Below are positions 10,008 to 18,655 of a DNA stretch of 64,000 nt, piece by piece (the first letter of the stretch is position 1; the number at the start of each line of letters is the position of its first letter). The DNA lies in contig CASZWJ010000004.1 in NCBI GenBank assembly GCA_949493535.1, forward strand, positions 38,877-102,876, written 5' to 3'. The DNA is from an uncultured Alphaproteobacteria bacterium. GTDB lineage: Bacteria; Pseudomonadota; Alphaproteobacteria; RF32; CAG-239. The translations under genes were made by a program, and so were the position numbers. The notes below the pieces were generated by a model. It did no database searches and was not told the DNA's origin. It was given only the letters and a program-made list of their open reading frames with translations.

Positions 10008-10727
10008 ATGAATCCTTATTACATATACATAATTATTTTTATAACCGTTCTGCTGGTGATTTATCTCGGTGTGGAAATTCATCGCCTGTTATTATATGTG
10101 CGTGAAAAAAAAGCTGAAATGATGCAGGCGGCAGAAGCGGAATCGCGCCACGACATAGAAGACGCCATTGCTTTTTTGGAAGATGAAACTTCTTCAAAAC
10201 TTTCCGAACAGAAAAAAATAGAATTTCGCATGGCTATTTTGAACAAACTGAAAAAAGAAGAAAGAGCCAATAAAGAAATTATCAAAAAAATGATTATGGA
10301 CGAAGTTGCCCACCAAGAAAAAGAAAAGAAGAAAAAGCTCGAAAAAGAAGATGTTTTGCTGATTATGAAAGATATCTTGAGCATATTCAGAAAAGAATTT
10401 TTCAAAAAAATAAAAAAAATCATCGTTGAAACGAAAAAAGCCAACCCCAAAAGCAAACAAAGCCGTTCGGAGCAAAAACGCCGAGAGCGCGAGCGCAAAG
10501 AAAAAGAACATTCCGAAGAAGAACGGCGCAATACGGAAGAAAGAAAGCGCGAAGAAAATGAAAAACGCATTCAGGAACTCAAAGAAAAAGAACGTCAATT
10601 AGAAGAAGAGCGCAAGAAACGCGAAAAAGAAGAGAAAGAGCGCAAAGAAAGAGAAGAAAAACAAAAGAAAACCGAACAACAAAAACAAGCCCAGAAATGT
10701 GCTGCCGCAGGGAAAGGCGGGCGATAA
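10008..10727 (+). CDS. Membrane-anchored protein with long Lys/Glu/Arg-rich low-complexity coiled-coil tail
   Basis: GGAGAGG RBS 7 nt before ATG 10008. The N-terminus MNPYYIYIIIFITVLLVIYLGV is a single TM helix. The remaining 200 aa are highly charged, with ERKREENEKRIQELKEKERQLEEERKKREKEEKERKEREEKQKK. The mirror-strand ORFs 10079-10570 and 10194-10598 are artefacts of this low-complexity DNA. Confidence 0.5.
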   Translation: MNPYYIYIIIFITVLLVIYLGVEIHRLLLYVREKKAEMMQAAEAESRHDIEDAIAFLEDETSSKLSEQKKIEFRMAILNKLKKEERANKEIIKKMIMDEVAHQEKEKKKKLEKEDVLLIMKDILSIFRKEFFKKIKKIIVETKKANPKSKQSRSEQKRRERERKEKEHSEEERRNTEERKREENEKRIQELKEKERQLEEERKKREKEEKERKEREEKQKKTEQQKQAQKCAAAGKGGR

Positions 10728-10750
10728 CCTATAGATTTCCGACATATTAG

Positions 10751-10795
10751 CTTAAAAGCCCGGCAGATTTTCCTTGCGGGGCTTTTTTTTTTGCG
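10751..10795. terminator. Bidirectional hairpin terminator (AAGCCCGGC...GCGGGGCTT + T10)
   Basis: Near-perfect inverted repeat followed by TTTTTTTTTT, between the convergent genes 10008-10727 (+) and 10809-11252 (-). Confidence 0.45.
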
Positions 10796-10808
10796 CTTGA
10801 CGAAAAGT

Positions 10809-11252
10809 TTATTTGCGGTTTTGCTCCTGAATTTTCATCATTCCGCGGAAAGAAGCGGTTGACCGGTACGGCAGACTGTCTTTAGGCAAGCGTTTGCGGA
10901 CAACATATTCAATTCCCCGCTCCCGACACATCTGTTCTTTAGCTTCAGAAGCACCGTCTTCATTAACGAAGAAAATATCCGGTTTCACGATTTCAAGCTC
11001 CGGCAGGAAATCTAATTTACCGCAGCCAGAGCCGACAAAAGCGTCTTTGACAAAACGTACGGCCTTGACCATATAAAGGCGCTCATCTTCACTGCAAATC
11101 GGCTCATGATGCTTCAATTCCCGGATTGTCCGGTCAGAACCGATACTAACATATAATTCGCCAAATTCTGAAGCTTCTTCAAAGAAAGCAATATGACCGC
11201 TATGCATAAGGTCAAAGCAGCCGGATACAAAAACTTTTTTTCGATTGTTCAT
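10809..11252 (-). CDS. Cytidylyltransferase-like nucleotidyltransferase (HIGH-motif family; TagD / RfaE-domain-II-like)
   Basis: KKVFVSGCFDLMHSGHIAFFEEA is the (T/H)xGH nucleotidyltransferase signature (GxFDxxHxGH). At about 147 aa it is a single-domain enzyme. The probable start is ATG 11252 (MNNRKK...). It is co-directional with, and 27 bp downstream of, the ABC-F gene. Confidence 0.55.
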   Translation of the reverse strand: MNNRKKVFVSGCFDLMHSGHIAFFEEASEFGELYVSIGSDRTIRELKHHEPICSEDERLYMVKAVRFVKDAFVGSGCGKLDFLPELEIVKPDIFFVNEDGASEAKEQMCRERGIEYVVRKRLPKDSLPYRSTASFRGMMKIQEQNRK

Positions 11253-11339
11253 GATTTTCTCTATTTTATTTTGAAAACAATCTGAGTTTAGCTGGAAATT
11301 ATAAAAACACAAGCTGTTTTGACAGGACCGGATTTATAG

Positions 11340-13178
11340 TTAAGACAGATTTTCCAATTTCTCTGAAAGAGCAAGCCATTGGGCTTCGGCCTCATCAATC
11401 TGATTTTGCAAACAGCCTAAATCTTTTTGCAGAGAGATTAATTCTTCTGTCGGCAGAGGTTCGGCAAAACGCATCTCCATTGTGCTTTTTTCATCATTCA
11501 AACGTGATAAAGTTTTTTCAAGGCGTTTAATATCCGAGTTTAACTGTTTGATTTCGTGATAGTTTCCCTGCTTGCGCGTATTTTCTTTTTTAACCGGTTC
11601 CACTGTTTTTTTAGCCGTATTTTTATCTTCCAGCAAAGATTGTTTATAATCTTCCAAGTCACCGTTATACGGCTTGCAGGTATGATTTTTAACCAGCCAT
11701 AAATCATCGGCTATCAGTTCTATCAAATGCAAATCATGCGTAATTAAGATTACGGAACCTTTATATGCATTCAGAGCTTCGACCAAAGCATCTCGCCCTT
11801 CAATATCCAAATGGTTGGTCGGTTCATCCAGAATCAATAATGCCGGCGCATTGCGTGTCATAGCAGCGAAAAGCAGGCGGGCTTTTTCTCCGCCCGAGAG
11901 TTTGGCAATCTGCGTTATTGATTTTTCCTGATTAAGGCCGAAACGCGCCAAATGCGCCCTTACTTTCGGCTCCAAAACGCCGGGCATTAATGTTGACATA
12001 TATTCGCAAGCAGTCATATCCAGAGGCAATTCTTCCGACTGGTGTTGGGCGAAATAACCGACTTCAAGTTTTTTAGAACGGTTTATTGTTCCGCTCATCG
12101 GGGTCAGGCGCCCTGAAAGGAGCTTTGCCAAAGTCGATTTTCCGTTGCCGTTTGCCCCAAGCAAAGCAATTCGGTCGTTATCAACTATTCTGAAAGACAA
12201 TTTTTTTAGTACGATATTGTCATCATAACCGGCGGAAACATCATCCAGACTGATTAACGGCGGCGACAGTTCTATCGGTTCGGGAAAATCGAAACTGCTG
12301 GAATACTCTGAAGACAGCGGCGCCAAAATCTCCATTTTCTCAAGCATTTTGATACGGCTTTGCGCCTGTTTGGCTTTAGTTGCTTTATAACGAAAACGGT
12401 CGACAAAAGACTGCAGATGTTTGCGCTGAATTTCTTGTTTGGCAATCTGCTTAGCCTGAACTTCTCGCTGTAAAGTCCGTGTTTTTTGAAAAGTGTCATA
12501 ATTGCCCGAATAAGTATTCAGCCGCTGATTTTCAAAGTGAATGATATAATTGCACAAATCATTCAAAATATAGCGGTCATGGCTGATGAGCAGCAAAGTG
12601 CCTTTATAGCGCCGCAAATGGTTTTCAAGCCAAATGCTCGCTTCCAAATCAAGATGGTTGGTCGGCTCATCAAGCAGTAAAATATCTGACGGCTGAAACA
12701 ATGCCGCAGCCAAAGCCAGACGCATCCGCCAACCGCCGGAGAATTCCTTTATCGGTCGGCGCAGGTCATCATTGGCAAACCCCAGACCGTTTAAAATTGC
12801 CGCGGCACGCCCTTCCGCCGAAGAAGCTCCTATAATTTTCAACTGTTCATGGATTTCACCCAGTTCTTCTTCGGAAGCCGTTTTCAATTTTTGCAAAAGC
12901 CTTGCGCGCTCTTTATCTTGAGCAAGCACAAAATCCCAAATAGGCATTTCCGTTTCGTTTTGTTCCTGCGCAACGGTTGCCACCCGGCTGCCGGACGGAA
13001 AATAAACTTCGCCGAGTTCGGTTTCCAATTCTCCGAGCAAAACGCGAAATAGGGTAGATTTACCACAGCCGTTATGCCCGACCAAGCCGACTTTCCAGCC
13101 GTCGGCAATATGGGTGGAGGCCTGTTCTAATAAGACTTTTGAGCCTATGCGAACGGTTATGTTATTAATATCAATCAT
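11340..13178 (-). CDS. ABC-F family ATPase (two tandem ABC domains, no TM domain; Uup/YheS/YbiT-like)
   Basis: It has two Walker A sites, GHNGCGKST and GANGNGKST. It has two signature motifs, LSGGWRMR and LSGGEKAR. It has two Walker B sites, LLLDEPTNHLD and LILDEPTNHLD. Long inter-domain and C-terminal coiled-coil regions are typical of ABC-F translation factors. Total 612 aa. Confidence 0.85.
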   Translation of the reverse strand: MIDINNITVRIGSKVLLEQASTHIADGWKVGLVGHNGCGKSTLFRVLLGELETELGEVYFPSGSRVATVAQEQNETEMPIWDFVLAQDKERARLLQKLKTASEEELGEIHEQLKIIGASSAEGRAAAILNGLGFANDDLRRPIKEFSGGWRMRLALAAALFQPSDILLLDEPTNHLDLEASIWLENHLRRYKGTLLLISHDRYILNDLCNYIIHFENQRLNTYSGNYDTFQKTRTLQREVQAKQIAKQEIQRKHLQSFVDRFRYKATKAKQAQSRIKMLEKMEILAPLSSEYSSSFDFPEPIELSPPLISLDDVSAGYDDNIVLKKLSFRIVDNDRIALLGANGNGKSTLAKLLSGRLTPMSGTINRSKKLEVGYFAQHQSEELPLDMTACEYMSTLMPGVLEPKVRAHLARFGLNQEKSITQIAKLSGGEKARLLFAAMTRNAPALLILDEPTNHLDIEGRDALVEALNAYKGSVILITHDLHLIELIADDLWLVKNHTCKPYNGDLEDYKQSLLEDKNTAKKTVEPVKKENTRKQGNYHEIKQLNSDIKRLEKTLSRLNDEKSTMEMRFAEPLPTEELISLQKDLGCLQNQIDEAEAQWLALSEKLENLS

Positions 13179-13264
13179 ATGCAGCCATACAAGAAATTAC
13201 ATTATTCTTTTTCCTAGCCTGAAACCTTTGATGTGTCAAGCTTCTCCCGGCCGTATTTAAATAT

Positions 13265-13293
13265 AAAAAAGCCCCGGATAAAACCACCGGGGC
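13265..13293 (-). terminator. Rho-independent terminator downstream of the Cys-rich protein gene
   Basis: AAAAAAGCCCCGGATAAAACCACCGGGGCTTTTTTT: an 8-bp GC stem flanked by A-run and T-run. The U-run lies on the minus strand, 3' of the stop at 13315. Confidence 0.55.
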
Positions 13294-13314
13294 TTTTTTT
13301 ATGCTATGGCTTTA

Positions 13315-15639
13315 CTACTCAGCATACTTGTCATCAAATGTCGTCAAGCACATTAGAGTCGCAGTACTGTAGCCGGGGTCGCAAGGAGTTTTAGCTCCTG
13401 ACGAGCAACAATATTTTTTACCGTTACAAGTCTTTAAAGTACCGTTGCAGCCACCGATTCCCGGATTTACCGGATTAAGTGTCGCGTTCAGTTTCCATGT
13501 GCCTTTGACATAATTTGAGTCATATGGGCAAGTCGCCGTAACAGTAAATGTGTATTCCTTATACTGATACTGAGGATCATCTATTATGTCCACTCTATCG
13601 CCGACAATCGGCTTGCTAGGATCGATAACAGGTTGATCGGTGGCTAGAAGACCACAGCAATAGTAAGCCTGACAAGAGGATGTACAATTTTGTTTACATG
13701 AATTTATCATGTTTGCCGGACAACCCTGAGCTAACTCAGGAGTTGTGATAGCAGCCTGAGCAGACTTCAGTTCGATGATATTCTTCATGAAGTTAGCCAG
13801 CATTGAGCTCGGGATAACCGTTTCATTAGAAGCTGTCGGTTTCGGCCAGTCTTCTTTCAGACGATAACCTTCATCCAAGCATTTCTGAGCATTGCTCTTA
13901 GCTTCGCAAGCCGTATATTTTCCACCGCAAGACTCACCTTTCAGCGTTCCTGAACAGTTGGAAGAATTATAGATATACTTGCTCTGAGAACACGGGCAAC
14001 CAGGCTGTCCGGGTTGGATATCGGCAACTTTCTTACTGCTGTTGCCACCGGTTCCGGTCCAGCTTTCGCATCTGTAATCACCGTCAATACCACCCTGGAA
14101 GACACTGGTCGTTACACTCGGGTCTGTCTTGATGAGACCATTTACAGTTACTTTTCCTTTATACGTATAAGTACGTTTCTGAGAATAGTAACCGCCGTTG
14201 GAAACAACCAAACCTGATATCAATTCTTTCGTTTTGAAAGCATTGGTAACGGTTGAATCGCCCCACATACGCAACCATGCAACTTCATAAGTTCCGTTAT
14301 CTTTCGGAGTTCCGGTTGTTACATTTGCAGTATGACCATAGGCATCCCATCCGCATTTGCCATTCGGAATAGTAATGTTACCATCAGAATTGACGAAGTA
14401 ACGAGAGCATTTGTCTGTCGGACAGTTACTGTTCTTTTTCGGACAACCTTCAGAACCCTGCGGAATATTGTCTTTAATTACATGCCATTTATTTGCACCA
14501 CTATCGGCGGAAACTGTTTGGCAGGTAAAGTCGCCACAGACGCCTTTTTCAAATCTGACGGTTGTGACACCGGGTTCCAAACGTATTTTATCGGTTACGG
14601 TTACCAAACCTTTATAGGTAATGGTACGCTTCTGTTTATACGGTCCGCCGTTGGAGATAACCATACCCGGCGTTAAAATACCGGTTGTAAAGTCACCGAT
14701 AACGGTAGAGTTGCCCCACATACGAATCCATGCCGATGAATAGCTTTTACCGGACGGAACCGTAATGGTTGCCGTATGTCCGTAAGTATCCCAAGAACAT
14801 GCAGAATCCGGAATTGTGTGAGAACCGTCACCATTCCAGAAGTGTCCGCAGTTTGAAACAGACTCACATTTACCGCACTGTTTGCCGGCACTGTAGTATG
14901 AAGAACCTTTCCAAGACGTCATTCCCGAACAAGTGGTTTGGCTTGTCGAATACCCGCTCGGGCAAGGTGTAGGCGTGCATTTATAATGAGTGCCGCTGCT
15001 ATCCGAACATGATGAACAGGTATAACCTTGGTGAGAAATATCACTGCTGTAAGAATAATCAGCTTTACACTTACAAGCCTTATAACGCTGGGTTGAATTT
15101 ATTTTGCACCCGTTAGTGACATCGATAATCTTTTTGGAATCTCCGCAGCTGGCATCATTCGTATAAGGATATGCCGATGAAGTACAGCCACAGGCATCGC
15201 CAAACGTACCGCCGCCATCCTGCCGGCAAATTTTTCCAGAATAAAGCGCACTACCCTGAGTATTGCCTGCACCAGAGGTCGCATAGCAGTTATTTGCGCT
15301 GTACGGGAACTTTTTACCGTTACAAAAACAGGTTTTATATTTATTGCGATTAAACGGGCAAAAATCGGCAGCATCCTGATTGTTCGGGCATTTACCCGTT
15401 TTACCATAAGCTGCACAGTTGTTTGTCGGCTTTCTTCCGGGGATATTATCTCCGGCCCAGCCGGTTTCGCTGTCTTTTAAATCAGGCAGGAATTGTAAGC
15501 CTGCATATTTTTGAACATTTACCGAGTCGGCCATTGAATCCAATGTAAGACTCATTTCTCCTGCTGCAAGCGAATTGCCGGCAAAACACCAAAGGCCTGC
15601 CGCCAGCGCCCACAACAGGTAATTACATTTCTTAAACAT
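13315..15639 (-). CDS. Large secreted cysteine-rich protein of unknown function (about 775 aa, about 85 Cys), with internal tandem about 100-aa domain duplication
   Basis: A GAGGTG RBS precedes ATG 15639. The N-terminus MFKKCNYLLWALAAGLWCFAGNSLAA is a signal peptide. The composition is dominated by C, G, S, T, Y, K and N. Two paralogous modules share the motifs C(S/G)WD(T/A)YGHTA and AW(I/L)RMWG(N/D)STV and SNGG(P/Y)Y(K/S)QKRT(I/Y)TYKG. One is at about residues 290-390 (DSACSWDTYGHTATITV...) and one at about 430-530 (NGKCGWDAYGHTANVTT...). Many N-x-S/T sequons. No homolog recognised. Confidence 0.6.
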   Translation of the reverse strand: MFKKCNYLLWALAAGLWCFAGNSLAAGEMSLTLDSMADSVNVQKYAGLQFLPDLKDSETGWAGDNIPGRKPTNNCAAYGKTGKCPNNQDAADFCPFNRNKYKTCFCNGKKFPYSANNCYATSGAGNTQGSALYSGKICRQDGGGTFGDACGCTSSAYPYTNDASCGDSKKIIDVTNGCKINSTQRYKACKCKADYSYSSDISHQGYTCSSCSDSSGTHYKCTPTPCPSGYSTSQTTCSGMTSWKGSSYYSAGKQCGKCESVSNCGHFWNGDGSHTIPDSACSWDTYGHTATITVPSGKSYSSAWIRMWGNSTVIGDFTTGILTPGMVISNGGPYKQKRTITYKGLVTVTDKIRLEPGVTTVRFEKGVCGDFTCQTVSADSGANKWHVIKDNIPQGSEGCPKKNSNCPTDKCSRYFVNSDGNITIPNGKCGWDAYGHTANVTTGTPKDNGTYEVAWLRMWGDSTVTNAFKTKELISGLVVSNGGYYSQKRTYTYKGKVTVNGLIKTDPSVTTSVFQGGIDGDYRCESWTGTGGNSSKKVADIQPGQPGCPCSQSKYIYNSSNCSGTLKGESCGGKYTACEAKSNAQKCLDEGYRLKEDWPKPTASNETVIPSSMLANFMKNIIELKSAQAAITTPELAQGCPANMINSCKQNCTSSCQAYYCCGLLATDQPVIDPSKPIVGDRVDIIDDPQYQYKEYTFTVTATCPYDSNYVKGTWKLNATLNPVNPGIGGCNGTLKTCNGKKYCCSSGAKTPCDPGYSTATLMCLTTFDDKYAE

Positions 15640-16078
15640 AATACACCTCACACACTTAACACTATACACAGCATTATTGTATAACAAAATTGAAATGATT
15701 TAAAGTCAATGAAACAAGTTATACGTGTTTTTTCGTTAATTGTAACATTTTTGTAACAATTAAAATAAGCGGGCGGAAATTTTGAAAGATGACGAAGACA
15801 TTGTCCGGAGTCCGAAACTGCTGTTTTTACAAAAGCCAATCCATTTCTTAACAAAAATGTCACATTTTTTGTCTAGGCGGGGCTATGAAAATATGATATG
15901 TTGAATTTGTTATCTTAAGTATATTGCTATTAAAATGGTTTATTATTGGAAATGTTGTCAGAAAATTAAAATTTTAGAATTCTCTAGAGTTTTTAATATC
16001 TGTTCAGTCTGATGATTTACCTTTTATAAGTGCTTCCGATGACAAAACAATATTAACAACTCTAAAATTTTTACAACT

Positions 16079-16711
16079 ATGGCAACAAACATGGTAAGCA
16101 ACAACGAAGTTCTCAACCTGCTCAACAACTCCAAAATGACCGCTATCCCCACCGGCGCCGAGCGACTCATCATCCCGGCTTTCGGCTTCATCGGAGGTAT
16201 CGCTACTCAACGTGAAGAATGGGGTGCAAACGGCGCTTTCATGGAAGATGTTATCGGACTCGAGTTTTATAACGACAAAGACCGGAAGACTCAGGTACTC
16301 AAGGCTGCTGACGGATGTCTCATCTGCTATGCCGCTCCCGGCCGTCTGGAAGCTGTCAAAGAATATCTCGAAGAGAACTCCGACACGTTTGCTACCGCCG
16401 ATGGTGTGACCGCCCTGATTAACTTCATAAAAGAAGATATGGAACTCGACGGCCTCACTCCCGACCTCTACGACACGGATGTCAACTTTGCTCAGGGTCT
16501 GCTCGGCGCTCCCGCTGAAATCACTGTCGGCGTTCCTTTCACCGGCGTGAAGAAAAAGGAAGTGCTTACGGTCATCGAAGTTGCTCCCGGAACAGAGTTC
16601 GGCGGCGCGACGGCAGGCGAAGACGGCGCTTACATCAGAAGAGATTCCAAGGGTGACATCAAGATGGTTCAGCGTGCTGAATTTCTCGCCGCTTACCAGC
16701 TCTCTGAGTAA
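16079..16711 (+). CDS. Hypothetical acidic protein (210 aa) with atypical C-ending codon preference
   Basis: ORF with a clean start and a hairpin terminator. Codons are overwhelmingly C-ending (ctc, atc, ggc, gcc, acc, gac, ttc), unlike neighbouring genes, and local GC is about 52% against about 44%. The sequence MATNMVSNNEVLNLLNNSKMTAIPTGAERLIIPAFGFIGGIATQREEWGANGAF... matches no recognised domain. Confidence 0.5.
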   Translation: MATNMVSNNEVLNLLNNSKMTAIPTGAERLIIPAFGFIGGIATQREEWGANGAFMEDVIGLEFYNDKDRKTQVLKAADGCLICYAAPGRLEAVKEYLEENSDTFATADGVTALINFIKEDMELDGLTPDLYDTDVNFAQGLLGAPAEITVGVPFTGVKKKEVLTVIEVAPGTEFGGATAGEDGAYIRRDSKGDIKMVQRAEFLAAYQLSE

Positions 16712-16738
16712 TCTTCACTAAAAAACTTTTTGTTTTTC

Positions 16739-16763
16739 GGCTCCCCTCGGGGAGCTTTTTTTT
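16739..16763 (+). terminator. Rho-independent terminator (GGCTCCCC-TCGG-GGAGC + T9)
   Basis: GC-rich hairpin followed by TTTTTTTTT directly after the 16079-16711 stop. Confidence 0.5.
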
Positions 16764-16827
16764 ATGCACGCTATATTCTGCCCTTTGCCAATAAAACGAA
16801 AAAATAAAACGGGCATTACGGCAAAAA

Positions 16828-17343
16828 CTATTCTACCTGCCAACTTTTAGAAAACTCTTCATCTTTGAACAATGAGGCCAATCCTGTTATTTGCTTTAAC
16901 CTTAAAACCTCATCCGCCGACATGCCGATATTGCGGCAAATCCACGCATCAGACTTGCCCATTTCCAAAAGTTCTTTAACAATATTGCTCATCAGATCGA
17001 TATTATGGCTGCCGCGGGCACGGTTATGGCGTATGGTTGATGCCATGCGTTCTCCCAGCTCTTTATCAATCACGACAACCGGTGCCATGCCCTGCTCCCG
17101 ATCACGAATGCGGTCGTTGGTCATTAAAATCGTGTAGCGGTGAAAGCCGTCAACCACAATATATTCATCCCGCCTCTTATCATAATAGCAGACAATCGGC
17201 TGGGTGAAACCGTCTTCCCATATTGAAAGCTCCAGCAGTTTCATTTCCGGCGGCGCAACTTTATTCGGATTATAATCATTCGCGCGGATTTTTTTGAGCG
17301 GAATTGCTTTAACATTATAAACGGGACTGATAAACTGGCTCAT
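16828..17343 (-). CDS. ParB/sulfiredoxin-fold (ParB N-terminal nuclease-like) domain protein, IbrB-like
   Basis: 171 aa. IPLKKIRANDYNPNKV...LLELSIWEDGFTQPIVC...YIVVDGFHRYT carries the DGxHR motif of the ParB/Srx superfamily. It is the last gene of a three-gene minus-strand operon. Confidence 0.7.
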   Translation of the reverse strand: MSQFISPVYNVKAIPLKKIRANDYNPNKVAPPEMKLLELSIWEDGFTQPIVCYYDKRRDEYIVVDGFHRYTILMTNDRIRDREQGMAPVVVIDKELGERMASTIRHNRARGSHNIDLMSNIVKELLEMGKSDAWICRNIGMSADEVLRLKQITGLASLFKDEEFSKSWQVE

Positions 17344-17353
17344 CGTTTTATCC

Positions 17354-18655
17354 TTATAGTTTTCTGTATTTATCCATTAATTCGGCTTGGCGGGATTTCT
17401 GCTTTTTTGATTCCGAAAAGCCCATATGTTTACACAAATGGTCATTTTTCAAAATGCAGACAGCCATGCGTTTCCAAGACGGAATGTCTATAGACGATTT
17501 TATATCATCTGTATTATCCGGCGTTCCTAAAAAGCGGACGCGTTCTTTGCTTGATTTATAATTGCTCTGTCCGTTTATTGAAACGGGATAATTGCAAGCC
17601 TCCAGCTCTTTGATTGTTTCTTCACAAACCACACCGCCGGTTTTCCACCAAAAGCGGATAGACGTTGAGAATTTTTTGATATAATTACGGCGGATTTCTC
17701 CCGGCAGGGTTGCCAGCAAAAATTTTACGTAAGACCGCCATGTATGCCCTTCCGGCAACGTGATTTTACCGCAGCCCAAGGCTCTGGTATTGCCGTAAAT
17801 GGCGCCAAAATTTGCCCCGTGTACACGCCCGACGACTTTTGCCCAAGTTACGGGTTCCAACACCCTATATAAATTCAGACTGTCCTTCGCGCTTTCGTGA
17901 TAGGGGCTGGCTACGCGCATTTGCGCTATTGACAGCCCCGCTTTCCAATATAAATCATAAATTTCATTATAATCAAAATCAAATTTGGAATTGGCCGTCC
18001 AGACGTCTTTTACCGTCCAATCATACAACGGATAAGCATTATACAAATTATCAGCCAGTTTTGTCGTCCATTGCCGGTTTTTAAGAATATCTTTATGAAC
18101 ATTGGCATAAGCACGATAACGATTTAAAGATTCATCCGCGCGAATGCCCAGCAGGCAAATGCTTTTTCCCTTATGGCTATTGGCATACCAATGCCCGAAA
18201 CCGGCATATAAATCTTCTTGCAGCATTTTATCTTTATAAAAATCAAACGGATTATTTTCTTCATTAATGACATAAGGAAAAGCCGGCATCGGACGAACCC
18301 AGGCCTCTTTCTGGGATTTCTCCCACGGATACCAATAGATTTGAAAATTGCTGACGGCACAGCGCGATGCCATCGGCAAACATACCCAATAAGGCTCTAT
18401 TTGCCCGAGGTTGTTTTGAAACATGCGGGTCACATATTGCGTCGTCAAATCATATTGAGCCTCAAAATCCTGATGAAATACGCCTATTTTGCGGTTAATT
18501 TGGTGTTTTTTGACATAGTCAAGCACCAAATTCAGCAAAAGCCCGCTGTCTTTGCCGCCGGAGAATGACACATAAATATTTTCAAAATTTTCGAAAATAA
18601 ATTTCAGCCTATCCTGCAGGGCATCATAAACATTTATATCCAAATATTTTTTCAT
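17354..18655 (-). CDS. PAPS-reductase-like / PP-loop ATP pyrophosphatase family protein (IbrA/DndC-like), 433 aa
   Basis: N-terminal YVSFSGGKDSGLLL is the SGGxDS PP-loop of the PAPS reductase / DndC / IbrA family. A long C-terminal extension is present. It lies 10 nt upstream of the ParB-like gene and overlaps the SNF2-like gene by 4 nt. Confidence 0.7.
   Translation of the reverse strand: MKKYLDINVYDALQDRLKFIFENFENIYVSFSGGKDSGLLLNLVLDYVKKHQINRKIGVFHQDFEAQYDLTTQYVTRMFQNNLGQIEPYWVCLPMASRCAVSNFQIYWYPWEKSQKEAWVRPMPAFPYVINEENNPFDFYKDKMLQEDLYAGFGHWYANSHKGKSICLLGIRADESLNRYRAYANVHKDILKNRQWTTKLADNLYNAYPLYDWTVKDVWTANSKFDFDYNEIYDLYWKAGLSIAQMRVASPYHESAKDSLNLYRVLEPVTWAKVVGRVHGANFGAIYGNTRALGCGKITLPEGHTWRSYVKFLLATLPGEIRRNYIKKFSTSIRFWWKTGGVVCEETIKELEACNYPVSINGQSNYKSSKERVRFLGTPDNTDDIKSSIDIPSWKRMAVCILKNDHLCKHMGFSESKKQKSRQAELMDKYRKL

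Noticed and set aside
10079-10598. Two long minus-strand ORFs (163 and 134 aa) inside the KE-rich gene
   Set aside because: They are mirror-frame artefacts of low-complexity GAA/AAG-rich DNA (poly-F/S translations). The plus-strand gene has an RBS, a TM helix and a terminator.
15976-15990. GAATTC immediately followed by TCTAGAG (EcoRI-XbaI, BioBrick-prefix-like)
   Set aside because: It lacks the NotI site of the real prefix and lies inside natural AT-rich palindromic DNA, so it is coincidence rather than a vector scar.
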